Counted from the stretch's first letter, positions 27,047 through 34,716 are shown. The stretch: 34,716 bases of DNA from Deltaproteobacteria bacterium (GCA_025357175.1 JANXPS010000213.1:1-34716); one strand, 5' to 3'. Notes: generated by a model not told the origin, from the sequence alone. A program made the numbers and translations.

Positions 27047-27781
27047 TCAGTGCATGGGTGAAAGGATCTGCTTGAGGAACTGCTTCGCTCGATCGGTCGA
27101 GGGGTTTCGGAAGAATTCCTCGGGGGCCGCCTCTTCCAGCACGACGCCGTGGTCCATGAACACGACGCGGTGCGCCACTTCCCGGGCGAACCCCATCTCG
27201 TGGGTTACGACCATCATCGTCATGCCGCTCCGGGCCAGGTCCTGCATGACGGCGAGCACCTCGCCGATCATCTCGGGGTCGAGCGCCGAGGTCGGCTCGT
27301 CGAACAGCATGATGCGCGGTTTCATGGCGAGCGCCCGGGCGATCGCCACGCGCTGCTGCTGGCCGCCCGACAGTTGCGAGGGATAGGCGTCCCGCTTGTC
27401 GGCGAGCCCGACTCGTTCGAGCAGCGTCATCGCCTGCCCGTTGGCGACCGAACGGGTGAGCTTGCGGATCTTGACGGGGGCGAGGGCGATGTTCTGGATG
27501 ACGGACAGGTGCGGATAGAGGTTGAACTGCTGAAACACGAATCCGACCTCGGCCCGCAGTTTGTTGATGTCGGTCTTCTTGTCGGACAGGTCGAAGGTGT
27601 CGATGGTCAGTCGTCCCTCATCGATCGGCTCGAGCTGGTTGATCGTCCGGATGAGCGTCGACTTGCCGGAGCCGGAGGGGCCGCAAACCACCACGACCTC
27701 GCCCGGCTTGACATGCAGGTTGATGTCTTTCAAGACATGCAGCCTGCCGAACCACTTCTGTACCCCTTCGAATCGGATCAT
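27047..27781 (-). CDS. polar amino-acid ABC transporter ATP-binding protein (GlnQ-like)
   Basis: Walker [10 protein letters not shown], signature [15 protein letters not shown], Walker [13 protein letters not shown]-loop VTHEM. Confidence 0.95.
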   Translation of the reverse strand: MIRFEGVQKWFGRLHVLKDINLHVKPGEVVVVCGPSGSGKSTLIRTINQLEPIDEGRLTIDTFDLSDKKTDINKLRAEVGFVFQQFNLYPHLSVIQNIALAPVKIRKLTRSVANGQAMTLLERVGLADKRDAYPSQLSGGQQQRVAIARALAMKPRIMLFDEPTSALDPEMIGEVLAVMQDLARSGMTMMVVTHEMGFAREVAHRVVFMDHGVVLEEAAPEEFFRNPSTDRAKQFLKQILSPMH

Positions 27782-27790
27782 TCAGGGTTG

Positions 27791-27830
27791 CCCCTCCCGC
27801 GGGTGGTAACCCAATATATCACGGGAGGGG
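27791..27830 (-). promoter_or_regulatory. RBS-sequestering hairpin in the 5' leader of the ABC transporter operon
   Basis: On the minus-strand mRNA, CCCCUCCCG (27830-27822) is perfectly complementary to CGGGAGGGG (27799-27791). The latter contains the only Shine-Dalgarno-like sequence before the ATG at 27781. The loop is 22 nt. Confidence 0.4.
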
Positions 27831-27967
27831 AACCCGTCAGGAGGTTCTGCATATGGATCGTTATCGGAAGAAACGCGCAAAGAAATCAGCGGGAAATATT
27901 GCGGAATGACTGGAACCCGCCGCGTTTTCCGCGCATTATTCTGTATAGATCTTCCCGGGAGGTTCCG

Positions 27968-28705
27968 ATGCATCCCATGATACGAATCGCCGGCGTTGCC
28001 GTAATTGCCGCCTCCTTCCTGCTGATGGCGGCCGTTGCGGCGACCGCCTCCGACGGCGTCGAATCGCTGGTCGCAAAAACCGTCCAGGCCTACGGCGGCG
28101 AACAGGCGCTCGAAAAGGCGCGCCACGTCCGCGAGTTCGGGTCTACCACGTCGATCATGCGTCCGGGGCTCAAGGGAACGATCCAGCGCGAGTTCACCTC
28201 GCCCGACAAGCTGCGCGTCCAGATCACGTTCAGGTACGACGTCGAGACGCGAATCTACAACGGACGGGACGGGTGGCGGATGGGGGAAGCGGTCACGGGC
28301 CCGCAACTCGACGCCATGGTGCTGCAGGCCGCCCGGATCGCGCTGCCGCTGAACCTGGCCAGGAACCGGAAGAAGCTGGTCGACAAGGGCAGGGGCGAGG
28401 TCGAGGGCAAGCCGGTGCGCACGCTGGAATTGCCGCTGGGCAACAAGCTCAGGCTGACGGTCGACATCGATCCCGAGACCGGACGGATCGTGCGTTCGGC
28501 GGGGAGAGGCGGACTGGGAACGATGGGAGGGATGGGCGGCAGGCCGCTGGAATTCATCACCGGCTATTCCGATTTCAGGAAGGTGGACGGCGTGCTGTTC
28601 GCTTTCAGGGAAGGGAATTTCGCCAACGGCATGACCACGGGCGAGACGATCCTCGAAAAAATCGAGCTGCCCGGGACGTTGCCCGCGTCGACGTTCAAGC
28701 CTTAA
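27968..28705 (+). CDS. secreted LolA-like / outer-membrane lipoprotein-sorting-like protein (function uncertain)
   Basis: ATG 27968 with a GGGAGG RBS. Signal peptide (IAGVAVIAASFLLMAAVAATASD). Beta-rich sequence with the general pattern of LolA-like proteins and a Gly/Met-rich loop GRGGLGTMGGMGGRP. The upstream part of the 518-aa track ORF is antisense to the ATPase gene. Confidence 0.55.
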   Translation: MHPMIRIAGVAVIAASFLLMAAVAATASDGVESLVAKTVQAYGGEQALEKARHVREFGSTTSIMRPGLKGTIQREFTSPDKLRVQITFRYDVETRIYNGRDGWRMGEAVTGPQLDAMVLQAARIALPLNLARNRKKLVDKGRGEVEGKPVRTLELPLGNKLRLTVDIDPETGRIVRSAGRGGLGTMGGMGGRPLEFITGYSDFRKVDGVLFAFREGNFANGMTTGETILEKIELPGTLPASTFKP

Positions 28706-28714
28706 CTCCGGGGG

Positions 28715-31066
28715 TCAGCTCCGCGGGCCCATCCGCAATGCCTCGTCGACCGCTTCCTTGAGCGTCTTGAGCGAGCAGGGCTTGGAAACGACATAATCGA
28801 CGCCCGATTCGCGGACCTTTTCCTCGTCCTGCTGGATCGCCCACCCGCTCAGGAGGATGACGGGTACCCGCGGATTGATCCGCTTGATCTCGCGCGACAC
28901 CTGCCAGCCCGACATGCCCGGCATGCTCAGATCGGTCAGGACAAGGCCGAACGGCTGCCGGCCGAAGATCTCGACCGCCTCGTTGCCGGTCCGGGCGGCG
29001 ACCACGTGATGACCGCGTGCCGTCAGCGCCTCGTTGAGCATCTTCAGGTTGAGGTCGTCGTCGTCGATGATGAGGATGCGCGCCGGTAGCTGTTTCCCGG
29101 CGGGACCGACGGCGCCGGATTCCCCGATTTGCGGGAGCGGGGCCCGGACCGGAATGCGCACCGTGAAGGTCGTGCCGAGATTTTCGCCGCTTTCGACCGT
29201 GATCTCCCCGCCGTGCCGGGCGAGGATTCCGTACACGATCGACATGCCGAGACCCTGCCCCGTTTCCTTGGTCGTGAAGAACGGGTCGAATATGTGCGCC
29301 TGGACCGCCTTGCTCATCCCGCTGCCGGTATCGGCGACCGTGACGGCGATCACGTCGCCATCCGCCCTGGAAGAAAGGGTGATGCGTCCTCCCCGGGGCA
29401 TCGCCTCGACCGCGTTGAATATCAGGTTGGAAATCACCTGGGTAAGCTCGGACGGATTGCCGGCGGTGGGGGGCACGTCTCCCAGGATCTGTTCGACGTC
29501 GATCGCGATGCCCAGCGTCTCGGCCTCGTATTTCCACTTCGGCTTGGTCATCTCGACGGCGTTGCGGATGACGGTGGTGACGTCGACCGCGTTCGTGGGG
29601 TGGTCCTTCCGGATGCGGGTGAAATCCTGCACCCGCTTGACCGTTTCGGCGCCCTGCAGCGTGATCTGCTCGATCATCGCGAGCCCTGCAAGGATGGCCT
29701 CCCGGTCCGGTTCCTTTTCGGCCAGCTTTAGCGCGAGCAGTTCGGCCTTGCCCAGGATGCCGTTCAAAAGGTTGTTGAAGTCGTGGGCGACGCCGGCGGC
29801 CATCTGTCCGAGCGCCTTGAGCCGCTCGGCGGCGACGAGCTGCTCCTGCGCGTCCTTGAGCGACTCGTACGCCTGCTTGACGTAGGTATAGTGGCGCGCC
29901 TTCTCGATGGCAACGGCGGCCTGGCCCGCGAGCCCGTAGAGAAACGCCATGTCCTCTTCATGGAACTGGGCGCCCGAACGCTTGTTGGTGACGTTGATGA
30001 CGCCGAGCGTCTTCTCGTGGACGATGATCGGGATCGAAAGGATGATCGGCGCGGAGATGAACGAACTGTGGGTGTTGGGCGCCTCGTCCGCCGCGTCCCG
30101 GCACAGCGAGCTATCCGTCCGGGGGTCGGTCCGGACGTCCTTTACGAGGATCGGCTTGCCTTCCTTGGCCACCCACCCGGCGATGCCGTCGCCGACGCGC
30201 ACCCGGATCTTGTTCGCAAGCTCGTCGCTGATTCCGCGGCTGGCCGCGACGGAAAGTTCGTGGCCGGCTTCGTCGATCAGCATGAGAGAGGCGCGCTCGA
30301 CGTCGAGTTCCCGGCTGACCAGTCCGATGAAGAAGTCGAGCAGATCGGAAAGCGCCTCGATTCCGCTCATCGCACGCCCGGCCTCGATGAGAGAGGAGAG
30401 GCGCATGATCGCCGAGGAGAGTTCCCTGTTGCGGGTCGCGAGATCGTCGACCAGTTCGCGGTTTCTCTTTGCCAAGCGCCGGTGTTCGCAAGCCCGTTCG
30501 ACCGCCCGGCTCACGCTGTCGATGTCGTCGAACGGTTTGCGCAGGTAGTCGTACGCCCCCCGGCGGATCGCCTCGATCGCGGTCTCGATCGTGGCGTGTC
30601 CGGTCATCAGGATGACCTCGACGTCCGGGGCGACCCGCCGCAGTTCGGCCAGCATCTCGAGCCCGTCCATCCCCGGCATGTTGAGATCGACCAGGGCGAC
30701 CGCGGTGCGGTCGATGCGGGGAAACGCGAGCCCCTCCGCCGCCGATGCCGCGGTCCGGACCGAGAATCCCTTTTCGGTCAGATGTTTCCGAACCTGTTGA
30801 CGGGAGGCCGGTTTGTCATCGACGACGATGACCTGGAATCCGGCGCCGGGCGCTTCCTCTCCGTCGTCGGGGCCGAAAGCGGGCGAATGGTGTGGAACCG
30901 TGCCGGCCTGCCCGGTCGGAAAAAGCGACGACAGGATCGTCGACGCGTCCTCGCCGGCGAACACTTCCCGCGCCTCCGGGACGGGGGGCAGCCTGCGGTC
31001 GTGTCGGGATTCGGATTCGAGGGGCAAGCCGGCGCTTCCCGGCTTGACGGGGTTCTCTTCGGTCAT
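28715..31066 (-). CDS. hybrid histidine kinase with two receivers (REC-GAF-HisKA-HATPase_c-REC)
   Basis: Start at ATG 31066 (MTEENPV). N-terminal REC (VIVVDDKP...ALVDLNMPGMDG...RKPF). GAF-like region (LMLIDEAGHEL...GVINVTNK). H-box [11 protein letters not shown]-box FNAVEAMPRGG, G-boxes DTGSGMS and GQGLGMS. C-terminal REC (ILIIDDDD...VLTDLSMPGMSG...SKP). Confidence 0.87.
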   Translation of the reverse strand: MTEENPVKPGSAGLPLESESRHDRRLPPVPEAREVFAGEDASTILSSLFPTGQAGTVPHHSPAFGPDDGEEAPGAGFQVIVVDDKPASRQQVRKHLTEKGFSVRTAASAAEGLAFPRIDRTAVALVDLNMPGMDGLEMLAELRRVAPDVEVILMTGHATIETAIEAIRRGAYDYLRKPFDDIDSVSRAVERACEHRRLAKRNRELVDDLATRNRELSSAIMRLSSLIEAGRAMSGIEALSDLLDFFIGLVSRELDVERASLMLIDEAGHELSVAASRGISDELANKIRVRVGDGIAGWVAKEGKPILVKDVRTDPRTDSSLCRDAADEAPNTHSSFISAPIILSIPIIVHEKTLGVINVTNKRSGAQFHEEDMAFLYGLAGQAAVAIEKARHYTYVKQAYESLKDAQEQLVAAERLKALGQMAAGVAHDFNNLLNGILGKAELLALKLAEKEPDREAILAGLAMIEQITLQGAETVKRVQDFTRIRKDHPTNAVDVTTVIRNAVEMTKPKWKYEAETLGIAIDVEQILGDVPPTAGNPSELTQVISNLIFNAVEAMPRGGRITLSSRADGDVIAVTVADTGSGMSKAVQAHIFDPFFTTKETGQGLGMSIVYGILARHGGEITVESGENLGTTFTVRIPVRAPLPQIGESGAVGPAGKQLPARILIIDDDDLNLKMLNEALTARGHHVVAARTGNEAVEIFGRQPFGLVLTDLSMPGMSGWQVSREIKRINPRVPVILLSGWAIQQDEEKVRESGVDYVVSKPCSLKTLKEAVDEALRMGPRS

Positions 31067-31218
31067 CTTCGTCGCCTGTGCCTTCCGGCAGGAAGTGTCA
31101 TGCGTCAGCCCTCCGATTCTATTCGGATGCGTCAAGGAAAGCCACGAATCAATCGGGATCGGGGGGAGTATAATGATGTCTTGCCGACTTGCCACAGACT
31201 GCCCTGGAGGAATTCGCG

Positions 31219-31629
31219 ATGAAACGATACGCATGTCTGGCGCTGATCTGCCTGCTCGGGATTTTGCCTTGTTCCGCCCGGGCTGAATTCAACGCGGCCG
31301 AGTACAAGGCGACGACCCAGGACGATCTGATCCGGAATCCGGATGCGAACGTCGGGAAAAAGTTCAAGGTCAGCGAGCCGTTCCAGTTTTGCGGAAGCGA
31401 TTTCTGTGTGCAGCAGAAAATGAAGATCAACACGCGGGAGCACTACTGCTTTACGCTGGGGCCGCTCTGCCTCGTCCGGATGTACGTCAAGAAGGACCAC
31501 CCCGATGCACAGACCGTCCTCGACCTCAAGAAGGGCGACAGGGTGACGGTCTACGGCACGTTCGACCGGATGGGTTCCAACTACAACTTCATCGTCGTCG
31601 ACCGCATCACGGTAGACAGGAAGCCCTAG
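31219..31629 (+). CDS. small secreted hypothetical protein with four cysteines (possible OB-fold-like)
   Basis: ATG 31219, 7 nt after GGAGGA. Signal peptide MKRYACLALICLLGILPCSARA|EF. The mature ~114 aa carry the Cys pairs FCGSDFC and YCFTLGPLC. I recognise no family. Confidence 0.6.
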   Translation: MKRYACLALICLLGILPCSARAEFNAAEYKATTQDDLIRNPDANVGKKFKVSEPFQFCGSDFCVQQKMKINTREHYCFTLGPLCLVRMYVKKDHPDAQTVLDLKKGDRVTVYGTFDRMGSNYNFIVVDRITVDRKP

Positions 31630-31635
31630 CCGGGT

Positions 31636-32646
31636 TCAGCAGATCCGCGGAAGGGCGTCGCCGGCCGGGTAGTCGATCGCGCGCAGTCCCCCGACGCGGG
31701 TCCTGAGCAGGACGCCGGCGGGGCCGTCGGCGACTTCGCCGACGATGGCGGCATCGCGGCCGAACTCGTGCCCGGCAAGGAGCGATACCAGGTCGTTTGC
31801 TGCGCTTCCGTCGACGATCAGGAGCGCCTTGCCCTCATTTGCGAGAAACAGCGGGTCGAAGCCGAGGATCTCGCAGACGGCGGACACGGTTTGCGAGACC
31901 GGAAGGCGCGATTCCTCGAGAACGATCCGTACACCCCCCGCATGCGCCAGTTCGTTGATGGTGACGCCGACGCCGCCCCGCGTGGCGTCGCGCATGACCC
32001 GGATCGCCCCTCCGAAACGGTCGACGGCGGGCAGCAGCAGCCCGTTGAGCGGCGCGGCGTCCGAGCGGATGTCGGCGGCGATCGCCAGGTTGTTGCGCGC
32101 GATCAGCACCGCCAGGTGGTGGTCACCCATCGTGCCGGTGAGGACGACCCGGTCGCCTGGGCGCACCGTTTCCGGCCTGGGACGCCAGCCGTTCCGGATG
32201 ACGCCGACGCCGGAGGTGGTGACGAAGATCCCGTCTCCCTTTCCCCTTTCGACCACCTTCGTGTCTCCCGTGACGATGGCCACGCCCGCCTCCCGGGCCG
32301 CGGCCTGCATCGAGTCGAGCACACGTTCGAGCGATACCAGCGGCAGTCCCTCCTCGAGGATGAAGGCGCAGGAGAGCCCGACGGGCCGTGCGCCGCACAC
32401 GGCGAGATCGTTGACCGTCCCGCAGACTGCCAGGCGGCCGATGTCGCCGCCCGGGAAAAAGTGCGGCGTGACGACGTAGCCGTCCGTGGTGAAGGCGATC
32501 TCGCCCGCCTGTTCGCCCAGCAGCGCCGAGTCGAAGAGCGGCGCCAGCAGCGGGTTTGCGAATCTCGCCGCGATCGTCTTCTCGACCAGCTCGCGCGACC
32601 GCTTTCCCCCCTCGCCGTGGGCGAGCAGTATCACCTCGTCGCTCAT
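31636..32646 (-). CDS. hypE: hydrogenase maturation protein HypE
   Basis: Start at ATG 32646 (MSDEVILLAHGEGG), overlapping the hypD stop (ATGA). AIR-synthase-like fold. Diagnostic C-terminal PRIC motif. Confidence 0.95.
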   Translation of the reverse strand: MSDEVILLAHGEGGKRSRELVEKTIAARFANPLLAPLFDSALLGEQAGEIAFTTDGYVVTPHFFPGGDIGRLAVCGTVNDLAVCGARPVGLSCAFILEEGLPLVSLERVLDSMQAAAREAGVAIVTGDTKVVERGKGDGIFVTTSGVGVIRNGWRPRPETVRPGDRVVLTGTMGDHHLAVLIARNNLAIAADIRSDAAPLNGLLLPAVDRFGGAIRVMRDATRGGVGVTINELAHAGGVRIVLEESRLPVSQTVSAVCEILGFDPLFLANEGKALLIVDGSAANDLVSLLAGHEFGRDAAIVGEVADGPAGVLLRTRVGGLRAIDYPAGDALPRIC

Positions 32647-33773
32647 GCTCCGATTCCGAACCTGCGCGCCGCGGCGCAGGCGCCCTCGGTCGAGACCATG
32701 CAGGCGCCGACCGGCGATTCGGGCGTGCAGGCGTTGCCGAACAGCGGGCATTCCGGCGGGTCGATCATGCCCTTGAGCACCTCGCCGCAGCGGCATCCGG
32801 GCCGCTCAGGCGTCGAGAGGACGGCGACGCCGAACTTGCGCCCGGCATCGAAGGAGGCGTATTTCGATGCGATCCCGAGTCCGGACCCGGGCAGGACGCC
32901 AAGCCCCCGCCAGTCTGCGTCGCAAGGTTCGAATACGTCGGCCATGAGCGCCTGCGCCTTGCGGTTTCCGGCGGGCGTGGCCACGCGCGAATATTCGTTC
33001 TCGACCCGGGCCGTACGCGCGGAAATCTGTCGCAGGATCATCAGCACCGAGGAGAGGATGTCCAGCGGCTCGAAGCCGGCGACGACGCACGGAAGCCCGC
33101 AGACCTCGACAAGCGGCCGGTAGGCGTCGGTCCCGATGATCGCGCTGACGTTCGCCGGGCACAGGAAGGCGTCGATCTTCACGTCGGGGTCGGCCGCAAG
33201 CAGCGCCATCGCCCCCGGGATGGTGCGAAGCGACGGCAGGACGGAATAGTTGGCTATGCCTCGCGCTTGCGCGGTGATGATCGATCCGGCGACCGTGGGC
33301 GCGGTGGTTTCGAAGCCGACGCCCAGGAACACGACCTCGCGGGCGGGATCGGCCGATGCCAGCGTGACCGCATCGAGCGGAGAGTAGACGATGCGGACGT
33401 CGGCGCCCCCGGCGCGAGCCCGTTCGAGCGAAGCGCGTGTCCCCGGGACGCGAACCATGTCGCCGAACGTGGCGATCGTGACGCCCGGCGCTTCGGCCAG
33501 GGCGATCGCGGCGTCGATGTAGCCGTCGGGCGTGACGCAGACGGGGCAGCCGGGACCCGAGATCAGTTTCGCGACGCCCTGGAGCGGTTCGCGCAGGCCA
33601 TGGCGGGCGATGGCCATCGTGTGGGTCCCGCAGACTTCCATGATCCGGACCGGGGGGCCGTCCCACGACCCGCGGATCTTCGCGATCAGCGCAGCGGCGG
33701 CGGCCGGGTCGCGGAAAGGCTCGAACGGGTTACTGCGGTTCTGCGGCATCGGCATCGGGATCGGGATCGGCAT
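32643..33773 (-). CDS. hypD: hydrogenase maturation protein HypD
   Basis: FRDP...IMEVCGTHTMAI, GPGCPVCVTP and C-terminal CRCGEVL/CPLFG/C-x-EGAC motifs. The start is ambiguous among ATG 33773, 33755 and 33749, all inside the hexamer repeat and overlapping the hypC 3' end. None has a clear SD. Confidence 0.9.
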   Translation of the reverse strand: MPIPIPMPMPQNRSNPFEPFRDPAAAAALIAKIRGSWDGPPVRIMEVCGTHTMAIARHGLREPLQGVAKLISGPGCPVCVTPDGYIDAAIALAEAPGVTIATFGDMVRVPGTRASLERARAGGADVRIVYSPLDAVTLASADPAREVVFLGVGFETTAPTVAGSIITAQARGIANYSVLPSLRTIPGAMALLAADPDVKIDAFLCPANVSAIIGTDAYRPLVEVCGLPCVVAGFEPLDILSSVLMILRQISARTARVENEYSRVATPAGNRKAQALMADVFEPCDADWRGLGVLPGSGLGIASKYASFDAGRKFGVAVLSTPERPGCRCGEVLKGMIDPPECPLFGNACTPESPVGACMVSTEGACAAARRFGIGA

Positions 33774-33993
33774 CGGGTCCGGCGGCGGCCATCTCCCGGA
33801 ACAGTGCGAGCGTTTTTTCGGCCTCTTCGGGGTCGAGCCTCTCGATCGCGAAGCCGGCGTGGAGAAGCACCCAATCGCCGACCGCGGCGTCCTCGAGCAG
33901 CATGACGCTGGCCTCACGGGTCACGCCGCCGATCTCGACGACGGCGCTCTGGTCGGAGAGTTCGATGATTCGTGCGGGGATCGCTAAACACAT
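33730..33993 (-). CDS. hypC: hydrogenase maturation chaperone HypC/HupF family
   Basis: Start set at ATG 33993, which gives the conserved MCLAIP N-terminus (Cys2 is essential in this family). The track's ATG 34008 would bury it. GDWVLLHAGFAI core and an acidic PD/AD repeat tail. Confidence 0.9.
   Translation of the reverse strand: MCLAIPARIIELSDQSAVVEIGGVTREASVMLLEDAAVGDWVLLHAGFAIERLDPEEAEKTLALFREMAAAGPDADPDPDADAAEPQ
33745..33780. repeat. six tandem hexamers (GGCATC/GGGATC type) inside the hypC/hypD overlap
   Basis: GGCATC GGCATC GGGATC GGGATC GGCATC GGGTCC read directly from the sequence. On the minus strand it encodes GPDADPDPDADA (HypC frame) and MPIPIPMPMP (HypD frame). Confidence 0.9.
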
Positions 33994-33999
33994 GGCGTA

Positions 34000-34182
34000 A
34001 AGGGACATGGTAAGGACCGGGATCCCGGGATCGCGCTCGGATTTGGGTCAGATTTGGCCGCAACGATTGAGCCAAACCGGAGGCGTAGCAGAGCTACGGT
34101 GAGGATTTGGCGATTGAGGCGCGGCCAAAGATGGCCCGAAGTCGGGATGCGAGATGGGATGTTGGTCCTTACCATGTCCCTT
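34000..34182. repeat. 183-bp centre-symmetric imperfect palindrome (MITE/REP-like element or structured RNA) filling the hypF-hypC spacer
   Basis: Perfect 19-bp terminal inverted repeats AAGGGACATGGTAAGGACC (34000-34018) and GGTCCTTACCATGTCCCTT (34164-34182). Internal co-linear complementary blocks lie in equal-length arms. The apical hairpin GTAGC-AGA-GCTAC (34085-34097) is centred on the midpoint 34091. Confidence 0.85.
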
Positions 34183-34716
34183 ACCTTTCGGATAATTTGA
34201 TCGCGGCGTAAAACGCTTGCCCGAGGGCGATGCCGCCGTCGTTGCACGGAACCTGTCGGTGGATGACGGGCACCAGCTTCCGGTCGCGCAGGCCTGCCAG
34301 CAACCGGCCGAGCAGCGCGAGATTCTGGAAGACACCGCCGCTCAGCAGGACGTGGCGGGCACCCGACGCTTTCGCGAGGGGGCCGGCGACGTCGAGGATC
34401 AGGGCCGCGACCGTGTCGTGAAACCGGTCCGAGATCACCGGGCGTGGCGTCATCCGCTCCCGGTCGGCGACAATTCCCGCAACGACGTCCCGCCAGTCTA
34501 CCGCAAGCAGCGGTCCGGCGCTTCGAATCGCAAACGGGTAACACCCGGCTTTGCCGCCCCCCTTGTCCGCGCACGCCTCCAGCCGCATCGCCGCCTGCCC
34601 CTCAAATGATGCGTCGGCGCCGAGCCCGCACAATGCGCTCGCGGCGTCAAACAGCCGACCCGCGCTCGAGCAGGCGACGGTGTTCACCCCCTTGACCGTC
34701 GCCTCGGCCGCGAGCG
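34181..34716 (-). CDS. hypF: carbamoyltransferase HypF, C-terminal part (5' end beyond window edge)
   Basis: The reading frame is open to the window end. YrdC/Kae1-like C-terminal HypF sequence (SSAGRLFDAASAL, FEGQAAMRLE, HVLLSGGVFQN, VPCNDGGIALGQA). Stop TAA at 34183-34181. Confidence 0.9.
   Translation of the reverse strand, partial: LAAEATVKGVNTVACSSAGRLFDAASALCGLGADASFEGQAAMRLEACADKGGGKAGCYPFAIRSAGPLLAVDWRDVVAGIVADRERMTPRPVISDRFHDTVAALILDVAGPLAKASGARHVLLSGGVFQNLALLGRLLAGLRDRKLVPVIHRQVPCNDGGIALGQAFYAAIKLSER

Noticed and set aside
32926-32934. GGTTCGAAT, a tRNA T-loop-like motif.
   Set aside because: It lies inside the well-supported hypD coding sequence with no flanking acceptor or anticodon stem complementarity.
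33994-34008. Track start ATG 34008 for hypC (MSLYAMCLAIP...).
   Set aside because: The HypC family requires the N-terminal MC... motif, with Cys2 as the functional residue. ATG 33993 gives MCLAIP. The upstream ATG lies inside the palindromic element arm.
33995-34187. Target-site duplication flanking the 183-bp palindromic element.
   Set aside because: The flanks (GCGTA on the left, ACCTT on the right) show no convincing direct repeat under any reasonable choice of element boundaries. The MITE interpretation therefore stays unproven.
1-34716. Searched by eye for CRISPR-like spaced repeats, IS/transposase or integrase genes, phage genes, toxin-antitoxin pairs, and rRNA/tRNA genes.
   Set aside because: None was found. 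All ORFs longer than about 100 aa that are not off-frame artefacts are accounted for by the 28 genes listed.

Overview
High-GC bacterial chromosomal segment (about 65% GC by eye). The gene content and the HDFNNLL-type kinase H-boxes resemble anaerobic Deltaproteobacteria-like lineages, but this is inference only. I can support 28 tightly packed protein-coding genes. I saw no rRNA, tRNA, CRISPR array, transposase or integrase. Gene order: two tandem RND permeases (MdtB/MdtC-like, the first cut by the window edge) plus a NodT-type outer-membrane lipoprotein; a 4-gene ECF sigma module (secreted LTXXQ protein, ECF sigma, small single-TM putative anti-sigma, membrane-anchored LTXXQ-like sensor); hybrid His-kinase 1; on the minus strand a PilZ protein and a RumA/RlmD-type rRNA methyltransferase; a cyclase/formamidase-family protein; dtd; hybrid His-kinase 2; gltB-gltD (minus); a secreted pentaheme c-type cytochrome; a TIGR01777-like epimerase; a 4-gene polar amino-acid ABC transporter (minus); a LolA-like secreted protein; a REC-GAF-HK-REC kinase (minus); a small secreted 4-Cys protein; and hypF(partial)-hypC-hypD-hypE (minus). 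Most of this is ordinary core metabolism. The features that annotation does not explain are listed here. (1) A 183-bp centre-symmetric palindromic element exactly fills the hypF-hypC spacer, and its mismatches are biased towards G.U on the plus strand. (2) The ECF module is CnrYXH-like but sits behind a multidrug-type rather than a metal-type RND pump. (3) A hexanucleotide repeat is read in two frames as both the HypC tail and the HypD N-terminus. (4) An RBS-sequestering hairpin lies in the ABC operon leader. (5) Two mini-ORFs carry better Shine-Dalgarno sites than the genes they precede. I cannot show that any of these is a new system. The palindromic element and the ECF module are the best candidates for follow-up.
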